From positions 1 to 59,936 of the IMG/VR virus record IMGVR_UViG_3300045988_033553: DNA of 59,936 nt. One strand, given 5' to 3'. Positions 59,035 through 59,936 of this stretch are shown in pieces; positions within the stretch are counted from its first letter, which is position 1, and every line of letters starts with the position of its first letter. The notes beneath the pieces are model-generated. The model had not been told where the DNA came from, ran no database searches, and was given only the letters and a program-made list of their open reading frames with translations. The DNA comes from a virus. A program made the translations under genes and the position numbers.

Positions 59035-59879
59035 GGCATCACCCCTGGAATATCCTCGAAACTAATCTGATTATCTGTTTCGAACACAAGCATTTTCTCT
59101 TTTGCTCCTGTATAAAAATTGCGGTCAATCTCAAATCCATATGCATTTCTTCCAAGTTCCGCCGCCGCTCTTAATGTGCTACCGCTTCCACAACATGGAT
59201 CAATTACCACATCACCGGGATCTGTAAATATCTCTATTAGCTTTTTTAAGACAGATACTGGCTTCTGTGCCGGGTGGATTTTGGGAATATCTTTGCCATC
59301 TTTCTCCCAAGTAAACCAGTTAAAGATCATATGTCCAGTGCCTCGGATAGTCTTTCCGTTTTCATCGAATTTTGCTCCATTTCTAAACTTTGGCAACTTG
59401 TCCCTATATAAGATCAATGCATACTCCGTCGCTCCGACCACTCTCATATTTGCCTTAAGCACCTGTGGGCTGTAATTTTTTACAAATACAAGTGGTATGT
59501 AATTGTTGAAACCATGCTTCTTTGCCGCTGTGATCAGAGTCTGCATTTGTTCAAAGGCACAAAATACAATCATGCACGGTGCGTCAGAACTTCTTCCGCG
59601 ACTTCCTGCTTTCTTCGGCTCTTTCTTGAGCATTTTCGAACAGAAGTGAAAATATTCATAGAGATTAAAGTTAAAATCTGAATTAAATGCCGCTCTTCCT
59701 GCAAGCTTACTTTCTCCGTTTTTATTATCTCCGCCGTTGTACCACATCGGATTACTGCCATAAAAGTTTTTTCCTACGTTGTACGGAACATCTGCGATAA
59801 TTAATTGCGCACTCGGTATTCCGTATTTTTTATAATTCTGCATTGAATCTCTGTAAATTTCACATTTTAATTTCTTCAT
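59031..59879 (-). CDS. beta-class N6A/N4C DNA methyltransferase
   Basis: IADVPYN (motif IV) near the N-terminus and DPCCGSGSTLRAAAELGRNAYGFEID (motif I) near the C-terminus. Confidence 0.85.
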   Translation of the reverse strand: MKKLKCEIYRDSMQNYKKYGIPSAQLIIADVPYNVGKNFYGSNPMWYNGGDNKNGESKLAGRAAFNSDFNFNLYEYFHFCSKMLKKEPKKAGSRGRSSDAPCMIVFCAFEQMQTLITAAKKHGFNNYIPLVFVKNYSPQVLKANMRVVGATEYALILYRDKLPKFRNGAKFDENGKTIRGTGHMIFNWFTWEKDGKDIPKIHPAQKPVSVLKKLIEIFTDPGDVVIDPCCGSGSTLRAAAELGRNAYGFEIDRNFYTGAKEKMLVFETDNQISFEDIPGVMP

Positions 59880-59936
59880 TTTTCCTAAAAGGAACCCGAT
59901 ATATCGTTACCCCGGCCGGAGGTTCGGCTCCTTTCT
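59862..59936. repeat. Terminal direct repeat (copy 2), identical to 1-75
   Basis: Exact match to the window start; contains the MTase start codon (59877-59879). Confidence 0.95.

Overview
The window is a complete, circularly closed genome of a temperate siphovirus-like dsDNA phage. Nt 1-75 are identical to nt 59862-59936, giving a unit length of 59,861 bp. The host is probably a low-GC, spore-forming Firmicute (Clostridia-like), judging from GGAGG-type RBSs and a Spo0A-derived gene. About 90% of genes are on the minus strand.

Reading the minus strand (descending coordinates, through the circular junction):
- Lysogeny switch at 16.9-18.1 kb with two paralogous XRE regulators and palindromic operators.
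- A ~21-kb early/replication operon: AntA-like antirepressor, a receiver-less Spo0A DNA-binding domain, tandem-OB SSB, Rad50/SbcC-like ATPase, RecT-like annealase, MBL-fold hydrolase, ERCC4-like nuclease, replisome organizer with internal iterons, DnaB, YopX, Lar, ASCH, GNAT-like protein and two orphan DNA methyltransferases. It ends at a tyrosine integrase and an attP that carries a tRNA 3'-end core with arm repeats (54.6-56.0 kb).
- Accessory islands: low-complexity proteins at 51.5-54.4 kb; an RHH-Rha-HExxH-DUF4417 operon at 48.8-51.4 kb; an orphan consensus promoter with a structured RNA candidate at 48.5-48.8 kb; and a plus-strand small-ORF operon at 47.1-48.4 kb with an operator array.
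- A second iteron plus AT-rich ori-like region at 45.4-45.7 kb.
- Packaging and morphogenesis from terS (45.2 kb) to the tail fibre (19.0 kb).

The most unusual feature is a 1.8-kb RNA island (42.2-44.05 kb) wedged between terS and terL. It holds three canonical class-II tRNAs plus at least five tRNA-shaped elements whose acceptor, D and T arms are intact but whose anticodon domain is replaced or expanded, interleaved with strongly structured spacers.

All calls are hand-made from the sequence and from remembered family motifs. No database search or folding program was run.
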